DNA from: Octopus vulgaris
Lineage: Eukaryota
DNA: 64,000 bases
Direction: 5' to 3'
NCBI GenBank assembly: GCA_951406725.2
Contig: OX597817.1
Location: forward strand, 91,264,001 to 91,328,000
The notes beneath the pieces were generated by a model that saw only the letters and a list, made by a program, of their open reading frames with translations, did no database searches and was not told the origin of the DNA. Both the position numbers and the translations under genes were made by a program. This document shows positions 1 to 12,540 of this stretch, piece by piece (the first letter of the stretch is position 1; every line of letters starts with the position of its first letter).

Positions 1-95
1 TTAAAATAAGTGTATTTGTACCCCAATGTCACTTTAATGATGACATGCATTGTCCTCTCACTCAGCAGGAATATAATAATAATAATAATGATAAA

Positions 96-423
96 ACTTT
101 CAAAAAGAAAGACCTGGAAATAGAGGTAACTCGAATGTGGAATCTAAAAACAGAAACAATTCCTATCATAGTAGGTGCATTAGGCATGATAAAAAATATT
201 CAGACAAATACATAACAAAAACACCAGAACTTACAAACACATATAACATACAGAAAATTGCACTACTAGGCACTGCACACATCCTACGCAGAACACTTTC
301 AATACAGTAACCATCAGAGCATCACAACAAATCACAGCACATACCCGAGGCACACAGAGCTGTGCTCAGTAGTGAAGTGAAAGCACGTTATAAAAATAAA
401 ACTACTGAATAATAATAATAATG

Positions 424-481
<58 letters not shown>

Positions 482-511
482 TAATAATAATAATGATAAT
501 AATAATAATAA
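96..511 (+). mobile_element. R4/Dong-clade (RLE) non-LTR retrotransposon, 5'-truncated 3' end with (AAT)n tail
   Basis: Translates to KDLEIEVTRMWNLKTETIPIIVGALG...QKIALLGTAHILRRTLSIQ* (frameshifted), a typical C-terminus of RLE elements; preceded and followed by (AAT)n. Confidence 0.8.
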
Positions 512-721
512 ATTCTTTTATTGGCCACAAGGGCTGACAAAAATTAATTATAACATAAAAGGGAAAAAACAGGCGAAAGGTTACAAAGGGTTTTGTCCGT
601 TTGTGAAAAATCCGAGTAAAAAAGCAATGTAACAACGTAAATATAACAACGAAAAACTCCCAATAGGGAGAGGCATTACGAAAGGTTCCTGGTGGAAAAA
701 ACTCATAAAAACCATAATAAT

Positions 722-1345
722 AAAGGAATATATTCACAGACACGACAGAGTTGGGACCTACATACACTGGAAGCTATGCCAACTTTATGGAATAACAACA
801 GAAAAAAGATGGTATAGGCACACACCAGAAAAGGTCACAGAAAATGAGAAAGCATCACTACTATGGGATATGCCAATACACACAGATAGAGAAATTAAGG
901 CCAACAGACCAGATATAGTTGTCAGAGATCATGAAGAAAAAAAAATGCTTTCTAACTGACGTATCAATACCAACAGATAACAACGTTTCTCTAAAAGAAA
1001 TGGAGAAACTTTTAAAATACAAAGACCTGGAAATAGAGGAAACTTGATTGTGGAGTCAAAACCAGAAACAATTTCTAACATAATTAGTGCATTCGGCATG
1101 ATAAAAAAATATTCAGACAAATACATAACAAATACACCAGGACTATCAAATATATATAACATACAGAAAATAGCACTACTAGGCACTGCACACATCCTAT
1201 GCAAAACACTTTCAATACAGTAACCATAAGAACATCACCGCAAACCACACCACATACCCAAGGCACACAGAGCTGCGCTCAGTAGTGCAGTGAATGCATG
1301 TTATAAAAATAAGACTAGTAAATAATAATAATAATAATAATAATA
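722..1345 (+). mobile_element. R4/Dong-clade RLE LINE, second and longer 3' fragment
   Basis: YIHRHDRVGTYIHWKLCQ...LLWDMPIHTDREIKANRPDIVV...DVSIP...KLLKYKDL contains the RHD and RPD..D..K..KY restriction-like endonuclease motifs; same 3' UTR as 96-403; (AAT)n tail. Confidence 0.85.
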
Positions 1346-1750
1346 ATTCTTTCTACTGTAGGTACATGGTTTAAAATTTTAGGAGAATGAACTAGTTGAC
1401 TACACTGATCTCAGTGCCTGACTGGGACTCATTTTATGAATCCTGGAAGGATGGAAAGTCTTGTGGGGTTCTTACTTAGGCACAGGATGAGTAATGAATA
1501 AGTATGAATATAGAGTTATTATCCTTTAAACATTGGGATATGATTGTGTACATGCTTATAGATATGCTAGGAGAGGAATTTAATCGATTACATTGACTCC
1601 AGTACTTAACTGGTACTATATTTTATTAAGTCAGGAGGGATGAAAATCAAAGATGGACTCAGTACAATTTGAAATCCTAAGGTAAGACACCAGAACAAAT
1701 ATAGCACAACATTTTTCCTAATCCTCTAATGTTTCTAACAATCCAACAGA
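1345..1750 (-). mobile_element. Degenerate tRNA-derived SINE fragments (family also at 12355-12540 and 53985-54130)
   Basis: Shared motif ggtact..ttt..gaaggatgaaa.gcaaagt..acc..gaa.ttgaactc with the other copies. Confidence 0.5.
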
Positions 1751-1954
1751 TATCAATTAATTTTGATGAATATTGAATGCCTAAAAGAATAAAACTGTTA
1801 AAATATAAAGAGTAAGTTTATTTAGTTGATTCTGGGATTCTGTAAAGAAATATAAACATGTTTCCAATAACAACAATCTATTTTCAAACAACTTACTTTT
1901 TCACAAAAACTAGATTTCTTCCATAACATTCTTAACATAGTTTTTAAAGGAAAA

Positions 1955-2420
1955 CATAAATACATACATGCATGCATGTGTATGTATGTATGCATGTATG
2001 TATGTATGTATGTATGTATGTATGTATGTATGTATGTATGTATGTTTGCAAGTGTGTATGTGTGTGTATCTCTCTTTACCCTCTCTCTCTCTCTCTCTCA
2101 CTATATATATATATATATATATATACATATACACATATATTATATATACATATATATTATATATATGTGTGTGTATGAAATTGTGCATATATATATATAT
2201 GCAAGTACATATAGATATAACATATATAACATGTATATACATATATATACATACATACACATATATACACATATGTGCGTGTGTGTGTGTGTGTGTACAT
2301 GTACATTTATTGTATGTATATATCTGTATATGAGTATATGGTTAGCATGTGTGTATGTACATATAAACACTCACTCGTGCACACATGCATCTACACACAT
2401 GTATGCACACACACAATAAG
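1955..2420. repeat. Compound microsatellite (TATG/CT/TA/TG); similar tracts occur throughout the window
   Basis: Directly visible; source of the spurious MYVC/HTYI ORFs. Confidence 0.95.
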
Positions 2421-2941
2421 TTAAGTAACACAAATACAGGATGGGTTATGAATAAGTATGAATATAGAGTTATTATCCATTAAACATTGGGATATGATTG
2501 TGTACATGCTTATACAACCTTTGTGCTTAAGTATATCTTAACAAACATACACACATATATGTATATACTTATATACATATAATATTAAAATCCAAATGAG
2601 CATAAATCATTAAAAAAAATAACAATATACATTCTTGAAACTGCAAAGTGAATTAACTTTCAAAAAATCTTTCCAGGATCTTAAGATTTAACCACTCTGT
2701 GTACAACTTTATAATATCTAAATGGCAGAAGAACTAGAAGAACAATAACTGTCATTCTGTTCTACAAAGAACTACCAAAATTTATACATTGAAAATCTTT
2801 AAACAAAGTATGAAACATATGTGTATATATATATATATGCACATACATATTCATATACATGTGCATGTGTGTATACATACATACAAACATACATACATAC
2901 ATACATACACACATACATACATACATACATACATACATACA

Positions 2942-3001
<60 letters not shown>

Positions 3002-3608
3002 TATCATAATTCCTCAAACAATAACTAGAATGTATTTACCTCGTATTTAGGAATATATTTTTATAAACATGAAAAATAGAATTTCACTTGAAAATTCCAT
3101 TACAGATAAACTTTAATGATATTTTAAACTTCTGATAATAAATCATTTTGTGTAATGTAAGATGGCTGTGGTGTTAGTGGAGTTAGCGATGGTGATAGTG
3201 ATAGTGATAGTTATGGTGAAAGTGCTGGTGGTGGTAGTGATGGAGGAGTAGGAGATAATTATGATGGAGATGGAGGTAGTTATATGATGATGGCAGTGCT
3301 TTTGTTTTTGTTGGTGGTGGTGGTTATGATGGTAGTCGTCATGGTGGTGTTGTTGATTTGAGTGAACTGGTTCAAATTGTAGATTATTGCAGTATTTAAT
3401 GGAACATTTACATTCTAAGTTCAAATCTTGCAGGCATAGACTTTACTCTTTATTCCTCTGGAATGTGTTAAGTTCCAGTAACATAATTGAACTGATTAAC
3501 TCAGTTAGACTGTCTTACCTAAAAATATGAGACCTGTACCAGAGTTAGGAATTATCTAGCAATATCTGTAGGTGTATGTGGTTCAGGAAACTGGTCATTA
3601 CAGAACAT

Positions 3609-3639
<31 letters not shown>

Positions 3640-3712
3640 ACGCATATACATATATACACACACAAACACACACACATACACACACACACACACACATATA
3701 TATATCTTTATA

Positions 3713-3782
<70 letters not shown>

Positions 3783-3814
3783 TATATATACGGGTGTGTG
3801 TGATTGTGTATAGA

Positions 3815-4258
3815 AGGAATTCCAACCTTGTCTGATTTTCACGTTTTATTTACAATCTTATAATGATATAATATAATATAATATAATAAAATAAAATAAG
3901 ATAATAGAATGTTAAATGTTCATTCTGATTGAACTAGTACTTTCATGCATTAAATTCTGCAATCTTCAGGTTCATGAAGTAGTGGTGACAGTCATGCTTC
4001 ACAATTTTTGACTGTAGCGAGATGATTGAATCTGTGCCTTAAATACAGCTGTGTGGGCTCCAGATTGCTAGGTTTTGCAAACTGTATTCTGACCAATCAG
4101 TGTGTAGTATCACTCAATTACTTAAGCTGATTAGTTGGTTGAGCTGATTGGTTTAGGCGTCACACTTTGTTGGACATGTCAAGAGTCCTGTATCTTAACC
4201 CTGGCCGAGGCAGCAATTGTTGGGCTATTTTTAGAAAATCAGACAAGGTTGGAGTTCT
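3815..4258 (-). mobile_element. Penelope-like non-autonomous element with ~25-bp terminal inverted repeats and an internal hammerhead
   Basis: ggaattccaaccttgtctgattttc ... gaaaatcagacaaggttggagttc; HHR at 3931-3973. Confidence 0.55.
3931..3973 (-). ncRNA. Type I minimal hammerhead ribozyme
   Basis: Minus strand GAAC-CUGAAGA-UUGCA gaauuuaa UGCAU-GAAA-GUAC-UA-GUUC: stem I GAAC/GUUC, intact core, palindromic stem III, CUA cleavage triplet. Confidence 0.75.
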
Positions 4259-4288
4259 TTTTATTAATACATATATATATATATATAT

Positions 4289-4437
4289 TAAAATGGGGAA
4301 GGGCATTTAATAGCATCATCTTAGGTTTTCCAACCATAAAGGGTTTAGCTTTATGGGGTATCCATAAAGCCATATAGCTAAACCTTTTATGGATAGGAAA
4401 CCTAAGGCAATCCATAAACTAGCCTTCCCCATTTTTA
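4289..4437. repeat. ~150-bp foldback/MITE-like palindrome
   Basis: aaaatggggaagg..ttaggttttcc..ccataaagggtttagct / agctaaaccttttatgg..ggaaacctaag..ccttccccatttt. Confidence 0.7.
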
Positions 4438-4499
4438 AAATATACTGCTCTACAACTTAGAGTGTGCTTCTTCTTTCAGACTTATGTTTTCTACAAATT

Positions 4500-4596
<97 letters not shown>

Positions 4597-5071
4597 GAGT
4601 AACTATTGATTTTTCACCTATAAAGCACTTCGCTGTATAAGTGACTTGTCAGACTGAAATGGCCAGAGGCACATAACCTCTCTACAACTGGAAGGAGAAA
4701 AATGTAATCGTCAGTTAATTTTGTAAACAAAATATTATGGAATGAAACTCTCCTGGCAAAACATTGGGCAAAGTGGACTTATCCCTCTTAAATTAGTTTC
4801 AGTTATGTCAAAGATAGCTGATGACAGCAGTATTTCTCTAGTTGGTAAACAGGAAGTTCCATGAATCCAGAATAAATTTACTCTGATGAGAGCGTTAGCT
4901 AAAAATCTTTGTTTTGAAGTTTTAAAAAGTTCTTAGGTCAAGTGAGATTTTCAAGATTCTTGCATTTTCAGTCAAGCAATGCTTTATTCATTTGCTCTGG
5001 TTGATGTGCAGCCCTAGTTGCATTCTCTCTCTCTCTCTGTATATATATTTACAATTATGTATGTGTGCGTG

Positions 5072-5102
<31 letters not shown>

Positions 5103-5157
5103 ATACATACATACATACATACATACATACATACATACATGCATACATACATATGCA

Positions 5158-5440
5158 TATATTAATAGTTATCGCCAAGCTAACATGGCAGTCCAGGAAA
5201 ATAGGACGACTGCTGCCATTGATTAGCTCCAAAAGGCCATTGCCTCTTGCTAGCTATGTGACACACGAACCTGTGTCCATTATAACCTTCGCACAGGAGA
5301 AATTAGATGCTTCCCCTTGCTGGTCTGGCATCTACAGACTAGTTTCAGAGTATTTGCCCATTATCAATGTAGAGCAGCTGAACTGAGCAGGTATCACTAC
5401 TGACCGTCTGTTCGAAGGATTATTTACCTAAATTCATTGG
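5158..5440 (-). mobile_element. One-armed copy of the HHR-bearing foldback family at 14946-15355
   Basis: Aligns by eye to the reverse complement of ~15075-15355. Confidence 0.7.
5333..5371 (-). ncRNA. Type I hammerhead ribozyme, U3-A8 core variant
   Basis: Minus strand UACA-UUGAUAA-UGGG caaaua CUCU-GAAA-CUAG-UC-UGUA; GUC cleavage triplet. Confidence 0.6.
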
Positions 5441-5509
5441 AATACATCCGCTGCTTTTCAAAAATAGAAATATTAGTATTTCTACATATACATACACACA
5501 CACACACAC

Positions 5510-5569
<60 letters not shown>

Positions 5570-5870
5570 TTATATATATATATTGAGAAAAAAGTCGTCA
5601 GAATTTTTTTTAAAAATCTTTTTATTTCATCGTTATTAGCACTTTTGTTCCTTCCTTGAACTTGTCAAATAAAATTTTGTGAATGTACAAACAGCTTGTT
5701 TATTTATATAAAACTGTTTGGGGGTGGGGCTGTTTAGAAGAGAACATTGCTTTTGTTTTTTTTGGGTGAGGTTCCAAGATAATGGAGATGGATAGATGGA
5801 AATATAGGTAGGTATATAGATAGATGGATAGATGGATAGTTAGCTAGCTAGCTAGCTAGCTAGATAGATG

Positions 5871-5950
<80 letters not shown>

Positions 5951-5969
5951 CTCTGTGTGTGTGTGTGTG

Positions 5970-6990
5970 TGTTTGGGAGTGTGTCCATGTTTATATTGCA
6001 TAACTTCTATCATGCCTCTTTCATTTTCATGTTTCTGCATTAGAGAACATTAGTATAACACTTACAAAGTGTACTGTCTCTGCTTTTCTTTCAAACATTG
6101 AATTTTGGAGATAAGTTTTTGATGAAATGTAGTTCCATTGCTTTTCAGTATTGTCGATCATCCCATGCACATTTTTAAAAGTGAAAATTTTGAATTTTCT
6201 GTCACTGCTTATTTCCAGATGCTTACTTAATGGAATCTTGCACAAAAGTTAATGAAAACACGATTCCGCTCACTGATGCACACAGTCCTGGAATAACCAA
6301 CGTCTTTCACACCATAAAATCAAACTTACCTATACTCTTACAAAGCCCCAAAATGAAAAGTCTGATTGATAAAAACACCTTACAGAATAGCAGATGCCAA
6401 CCAAAACGTCTTAAAAAACACCTCACAATGGCAGAATTCAAATTGGAGAATGAATCAGAATTCTTAGTAAAAGAATGTGGAGATAGGAGATGCGGAACAT
6501 GTAACAACATCAACAACTTCAAATACTTGGAAAGTGGTTCCCACATAAAATTCAACAGCGGATCCCTTTTCAAAATAAATGCAGATATGAACTGCAAAAT
6601 TCAAAACATCATATACTGCATTACCGGCCCAAACTGCAAAGAAAATTACATTGGCAAAACAAATAATTCCCTTTGCCAACATCCACAGGCAACATATCCG
6701 TCAAGAGGAATTATGCAAGATTCCATTAAGTAAGCATCTGGGAATGTGCAGCAACTGAAAATTCAAAATTTTCCCTTTTACAAATGTGCATGGGATGATC
6801 TGCAATACCGAAAAGCAATAGAACTACATTTCATCAAAAAATTATCTCCAAAATTCAATGTTTGAAAGAAAAGTAGAGACAGAACATTTTCTAAGTGTTA
6901 TACTAATGTTCCCTAATGCAGAAACATGAAAATGAAAGAGGCATGATAGAAGTTACACAGTATAAACATGGACATGTACCCAAACACACA
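5970..6990 (+). mobile_element. Penelope-like element 3' fragment (GIY-YIG endonuclease pseudogene) with an inverted copy of its 3' end upstream
   Basis: ORF 6230-6733 has CGDRRCGTC and NIIYCITGPNCKENYIGKT (IY..YIG); ~5970-6243 is the reverse complement of ~6713-6990, the inverted pseudo-LTR arrangement typical of PLEs. Confidence 0.85.
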
Positions 6991-7184
6991 CACACACACA
7001 CACACTTCATCGAGGGATTCTCTCTAAATTTGAATGTTTGAAGGTAAAGTGAAGAATTTGCATTTTTTATTCTAAATGTGGCTCATCTCTACAAATGTTC
7101 AGGTATGTATATGTGTAACATTGGGATGTTCTAGCTTTACGTATATATCGAAATCGATCAATGGAAATCGATCAATGGAAATTG

Positions 7185-7548
7185 CAGATGTGTTACCAGT
7201 GCCGGTGACATGTAAGAGAACCTTCCATTTCGCGACCGTTGCCAGCACTGCCCCGTTTCGTGTCCGTTGCCAGCCTCGCCTGGCCCTCGTGCCGGTGGCA
7301 CATAAAAAGCACCATCCGTTCGTGGCCACTTGCCAGCTCTGTCTGGCACCTGTGTGGGTGGCATGTAAAAAGCACCCACTACACTCACGGAGTGGTTGGC
7401 GTTAGGAAGGGCATCCAGCCGTAGAAACACTGCCAGATTTGACTGGGCCTGATGAAGCCTTCTGGCTTCACAGACCCCAGTAGAACCGTCCAACCCATGC
7501 TAGCATGGAAAACGGACGCTAAACGATGATGATGATGATGATGATGAT
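7185..7548 (+). mobile_element. RTE-family 3' UTR/SINE-like fragment with (GAT)n tail
   Basis: gtaaaaagcacccactacactcacggagtggttggcgttaggaagggcatccagc...gacgctaaacgatgatgat matches the 3' end of the LINE at 60591-64000; further copies at about 13375-13670, 38745-38868, 42951-43420 and 58080-58440. Confidence 0.8.
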
Positions 7549-7714
7549 ATATATATATATATCAATAGAAAAGGCAAGACAACAAAAAAAGGAAAGAGAC
7601 CTCGATATTATGTAAATAGAGGAATTTATAATATTTACAGATATATATATATTCATTTAATTTCATTTATTTTTAAAATTGTTAATTTGCAAATATTATA
7701 CTAATATTTTTTTT

Positions 7715-8145
7715 ATGCAGAACTACATTTCCTCAAAATATTTCCTCCAAAATTGAATGGAAACAGTACATTTTGTATTCTAAATATAACTCAAAGAGGA
7801 GAAAAAGAAAGAAAGAAGGAAAAAGAAGGAAAGGGGAAGAGAGAAAGAAAGCAAAAATGATTTTCTGTGATGACCAAACTGCACTGTTTAATATTTTTTT
7901 TTGTTTTTGAAGAGGTCATCATCCTTAAACCCATTCCAATACAATGGTAAAGGGATAAATACAAAAACAATGTTCTCTTCTAAACAAAAACCTCCCCAAA
8001 ATATCTTTTTTATATAAATGAACAAGCTGTATGTACATTCACAAAATTTTTATTTGTCAAGTTCCAGAAAGGAATGAAAGTGCTAATAATGAAGAAATAA
8101 AAAGATTTTTTTTCAAAATTCTGGCAACATTCTTTCCCTCAATAT
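7715..8145 (+). mobile_element. Penelope-like 3' end remnant; inverted partial copy at ~5585-5765
   Basis: Begins with ELHFLKIFPPKLN, like the C-terminus at 6820-6860; 7960-8145 is reverse-complementary to 5585-5765. Confidence 0.5.
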
Positions 8146-8317
8146 TCAATTTCTGTACATCATACTCTATACATTGAACTCGACTGAGGAAAGAAAACTC
8201 CGAATGACCCTTCCTTGTTTTCTTTGTATCGTCTGTCTGGATGTTTTGTGCTCTTGTCCCATTTTTGTATTTATATATATATATGTATATACATATATAT
8301 ATACATATATATACATA

Positions 8318-8876
8318 CATGGTGGCTGCCCCCTCTTTATCGAGTATGGCTATTGCACAAAGCTTAATCAATGTTGTTATCATGCAATGTCTGCGCAAGA
8401 AGATTTTTTTTAAAGTGAGGAAAGGCTGTGCACTGAGTCAATCCCACTCACTAAGCAACAGCAGCCATAATCCGAAAAGAAGAACAAGTCAACATCATTG
8501 GTAACCACTAAACCGCAGGTTTTATGTTGGAGTTATCCCAGTTACCTGAGTTAACTTCTCCTAGAAGGATGCCCTAACAAAGGCTAGGAGTCCTTCACTC
8601 CCAATGGTTTAACTGCGTGATCGGGTATTCAGTTCGATTATTTCTATGTCCCCGCGCATGATACAACCTTAAGATATTTATTGGATGGCCGTTGACTCTC
8701 AAGAATTCCTCCGCCCATTGACGGATTTTGTTTTTCATCCTGCAGGGTGTCCAATAAATACCCTCCTCACCAATCAAGCTTGGTGGGGTTGCCGGTTTAG
8801 TCGTTGACGACCCGACCATGCAACAGGTTGTACTGGGTTACATGTTACCAGTAGCACTCGAAAGTGACCTGACATG
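8318..8876 (-). mobile_element. Non-autonomous RTE-derived (5'UTR+3'end) retroposon, ~555 bp
   Basis: Near-identical inverted copy at 36080-36640; 3' end atggccatactcgat..gaggggcagccacc(atgt)n resembles the RTE 3' end at 17676. Confidence 0.65.
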
Positions 8877-8911
8877 AATATATATACATACATGCATACA
8901 TACATACATAC

Positions 8912-9016
<105 letters not shown>

Positions 9017-9035
9017 CATGTAAATAATGTATATA

Positions 9036-9246
9036 CAGTGTGTGGCAGAAATACCTCTCACATTTTAAACTTTCACCTATGTGTTGCTAATGAACTTATG
9101 CAAGTGCCAATGATATTTACATTTAGCTAAGGAACAAAGGCAGTAAGGCTTTGTTTAAACAACAGTAAAATTAATTTTTCATAAATGTTGTTTCTTTTTC
9201 CTTTTGTCAACCTTTCAAATGTGGGAGGTATTTCTGCTGCATGTAT
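9036..9246. mobile_element. Tc1/mariner-type MITE
   Basis: TA-cagtg start; inverted repeat gcagaaatacctctcacattttaaa / tttcaaatgtgggaggtatttctgc. Confidence 0.6.
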
Positions 9247-9828
9247 ATGAATATACTTACACGTATATGAATATACATATGCATATGCAGACACAGGACA
9301 TCACAAACATAGACAACAAAAAATACGAAGTACGAAGACGTGGAATAGGAACATTTTTTGTGAACAATGAAAGAAACAAAGGCACAGCTGTTGAAACCAT
9401 ACCAAAGCAGACACTGGACACATCAAATACTTGTCAAGCTGTCTAATCCATGCCTATATATAGGGAGAATTCACAAAAAAACAAAAGAAGAAGACAGGTG
9501 GTGTAGACAACAAACAGATGTATTAGTTTAATGTTTGGGAAGTGAAAAAGTCTACTGTTTCAAGCCTACACTCTCAGCTGTTGAAACCATGCCAAAGCAG
9601 ACACTGGACACATCAAATACTTGTCAAGCTGTCTAACCCATGCCTATATATATATATAGAGAGAGAGGTTATGAGAGGTAATGGTGTCAATAAGACCCAA
9701 AGGTGTCAGGTAATGCTGAACAAGTGCTATGGACAGACTATAGTTAAGCTCTAGGTTCGGTGATTATGCAAATAAGGAGTCCAACATAGGTCATATATCA
9801 GCATGTGTGTATATAACAAAAAATTTCT

Positions 9829-10387
9829 GAATGAGATAAAAATCGAAGGCTGTGAAAGATTTTAGAACATTTATAAATGGAAGGTCTTACAGCTGTTTCT
9901 GGGATATTTTATATATCCCTTCATTAGAGACAGTGTGAGAAAATGGTTAAGCAATAGTTATTTTAGGTAAGTTATGAAATAGAGAGTGAAGTGGAGGAAT
10001 GAAAATAGACGTGAGATATGCAGGGATATTGCATCTGTAGATCCATTATTTAGGCAGAATGGTATACATATAAGATTCCAATACCGTGTAAGTTCCAGTA
10101 GTATTTAAATACTATTGAAACTTACTCACAAGATATTGGAATCTTATATGTATACCATTCTGCCTAAATAATGGATCTACAGATGCAATATCCCTGCATA
10201 TCTCACGTCTATTTTCATTCCTCCACTTCACTCTCTATTTCATATCTTACCTAAAATAACTATTGCTTAACCATTTTCTCACACTGTCTCTAATGAAGGG
10301 TATATAAAATATCCCAGAAACAGCTGTAAGACCTTCCATTTATAAATGTTCTAAAATCTTTCACAGCCTTCGATTTTTATCTCATTC
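9829..10387. repeat. ~560-bp near-perfect palindrome (foldback) with a hammerhead motif in each arm
   Basis: Arms are reverse-complementary up to the centre tagtattt|aaatacta at 10106/10107. Confidence 0.9.
10286..10332 (+). ncRNA. Type I hammerhead motif with G5A core change (mirror copy 9884-9931 on minus strand)
   Basis: GUCU-CUAAUGA-A-GGGuauau aaa auauCCC-A-GAAA-CAGCUG-UA-AGAC. Confidence 0.6.
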
Positions 10388-10413
10388 TGAAAATTATATA
10401 TATATATATATAT

Positions 10414-10579
10414 AGGTGCAGGAGTGGCTGTGTGGTAAGTAGCTTGCTTACCAACCACATGGTTCCGGGTTCACTCTTACTGCATGGCACCTTGGGCAAG
10501 TGTCTTCTGCTATAGCCCCGGGCTGACCAATGCCTTGTGAGTGGATTTGGTAGACGGAAACTGAAAGAAGCCTGTCGTA

Positions 10580-10635
<56 letters not shown>

Positions 10636-10835
10636 TGTGTTTGTCCTCCTAGCATTGCTTGACAACCGATGCTGGTGTGTTTATATCCCCGTCACTTAGC
10701 GGTTCAGCATAAGAGACTGATAGACTGAGTACTGGGCTTACAAAGAATAAGTCCTGGGGTCAATTTGCTCGACTAAAGGCGGTGCTCCAGTATGGCCACA
10801 GTCAAATGACTGAAACAAGTAAAAGAGTAAAGAGT
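10414..10835 (+). mobile_element. tRNA-derived CORE-type SINE with internal microsatellite
   Basis: A box tggctgtgtgg, B box ggttccgggttc, cttgggcaagtgtcttc core; partial or complete copies at about 10990-11135, 11790-11942, 16540-16730, 23270-23410, 23975-24290(-), 34928-35340, 43445-43560(-) and 59775-59900. Confidence 0.8.
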
Positions 10836-12121
10836 ATATAATATCAGCTGTTGAAACCATGCTAAAGCAGACACTGGACACATCAAATACTTGTCAAGCT
10901 GTTTAACCCATGCCAGAATGAAACATGGACATTAATTGATTATGTCGATGATGATGAGAGGCATGCATACATACATTTTTATACATATAGATGGCTGTAT
11001 GCTGTAAAAAGTTCATTTCTATACTACATGGTTTTGCATTCAGTTCCCACTGTGTGGCACATTGAACAAGTGTCTTCTACTATGTTTCTGGACCAACCAA
11101 GATCATATGAGTGTATTTTGTGAATGAAAACTGATATTATGTACCTGTGTAAATGCATCTGGGTGTATGTGTGAGTTTGTGGGTTGCCCTCGTTGTTTGC
11201 TGGTTTACAAATAAAGAATAATCTGGTTTCTTGATATACAACTTGTTATTTGTAAACTAAATGCTTTTTGAACAGTGTTTCCAGATTCCTACGTAAAACC
11301 TTTCCAAGCAGTCTTGTTCAATAGACTAGGAAACAGCCAAGGCTGGGGCAAGCAACAGAAAGGGCATCTATCCATAGAAAACTCTGGCTCCATGAATTAT
11401 CATCAGCGCCATGCAAGTATGGATACACAGACACTAATACAATAATAATGGTGATGATGATGATGTTTGTGAAATCTCTGGAATAAAAAAATCTGTTACT
11501 TGTGAGCTGGAAAGTGCTGACATGAGTAAGTGCAGCCAGCCATAAAAGTCCTGTCCATGAATAATCTTTCATTCAATATGCATGCAAAGAAAAAAATGTG
11601 CATTACACACAAATGAACAAAATAAATCTTCACATCTATGCATAGGTGTATAGCAATATGTATATGTGTGTACGTACATATACATGTATGTGTATATATG
11701 TGTGTGTGTATGTATATATATATATATATAAAACTATATATATATATATAAGCATATACTTATGCATGTGTGTGTGAGTGTGTGCATGCAATGTGGCTGT
11801 GTGGTAAGAAGTTTACTTCCCAACCACATGGTTCTGGGTTCAGTCCCACTGTGTGACAATTTGGTTAAGTGTCTTCTACTACAGCTTCAATCCAGCTGAA
11901 GTTTTGTGAGTGGATTTGGTAGACAGAAACTGAAGGAAGCCTATATATATATATATATGTATATATATATACACATATATATGCATACAAATAAATAAAT
12001 AAATAAATATATATATATATATATATATACACATACGTACGTACGTACGTACGTACATACATACGTACATACATACATACATACATACATACATACATAC
12101 ATACATACATACATACATACA

Positions 12122-12154
<33 letters not shown>

Positions 12155-12354
12155 GGGTGAAGGACGTCACAAAACGTAAACAACATAAAATACAAATTTG
12201 GGTGTACAAACAATGAGAAAAGCAAATGGAAAAGAAGACAAGTAAATAAAGAATGAACCTTCATCAGTTGTCGGCTGTCAATCTACTTCTCATTTTGAGC
12301 CTCAATACATATCTCTATAATTTGTTTTGAATTTTAGTACCAGACCAACAGGTT

Positions 12355-12540
12355 AAGGGTAAAGGGAGGTTAAATACATCGACCCCAGGGTTCACCTGGT
12401 AATTATTTTATCAACCCGGAAAGGATGAAAGGCAAAGTCAACCTTAGTGGAAATTGAACTCAGAACATAAAGATGAATGAAATACTGCTAAGAATTTTTG
12501 CCCAGCATGTTAATGATTCTGCCAGTTCACTACCTTATAT
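12355..12540 (-). mobile_element. tRNA-derived SINE (second family)
   Basis: B box on minus strand (gagttcaatt); ggaaaggatgaaaggcaaagtcaacc central domain. Confidence 0.6.

Noticed and set aside
1910-3050. ORFs rich in MYVC/HTYI/YI repeats (also at 11.9, 32, 36.6, 48.5 and 52.8 kb)
   Set aside because: Translations of stop-free microsatellites, not genes.
4878-4910. CTGATGA-G-AGC gtta GCT-AAAAA hammerhead-like motif
   Set aside because: GAAA box and stem I partner are missing; too degenerate to call.
10414-10490. tRNA-like A/B boxes
   Set aside because: SINE head; no complete cloverleaf, so not a tRNA gene.
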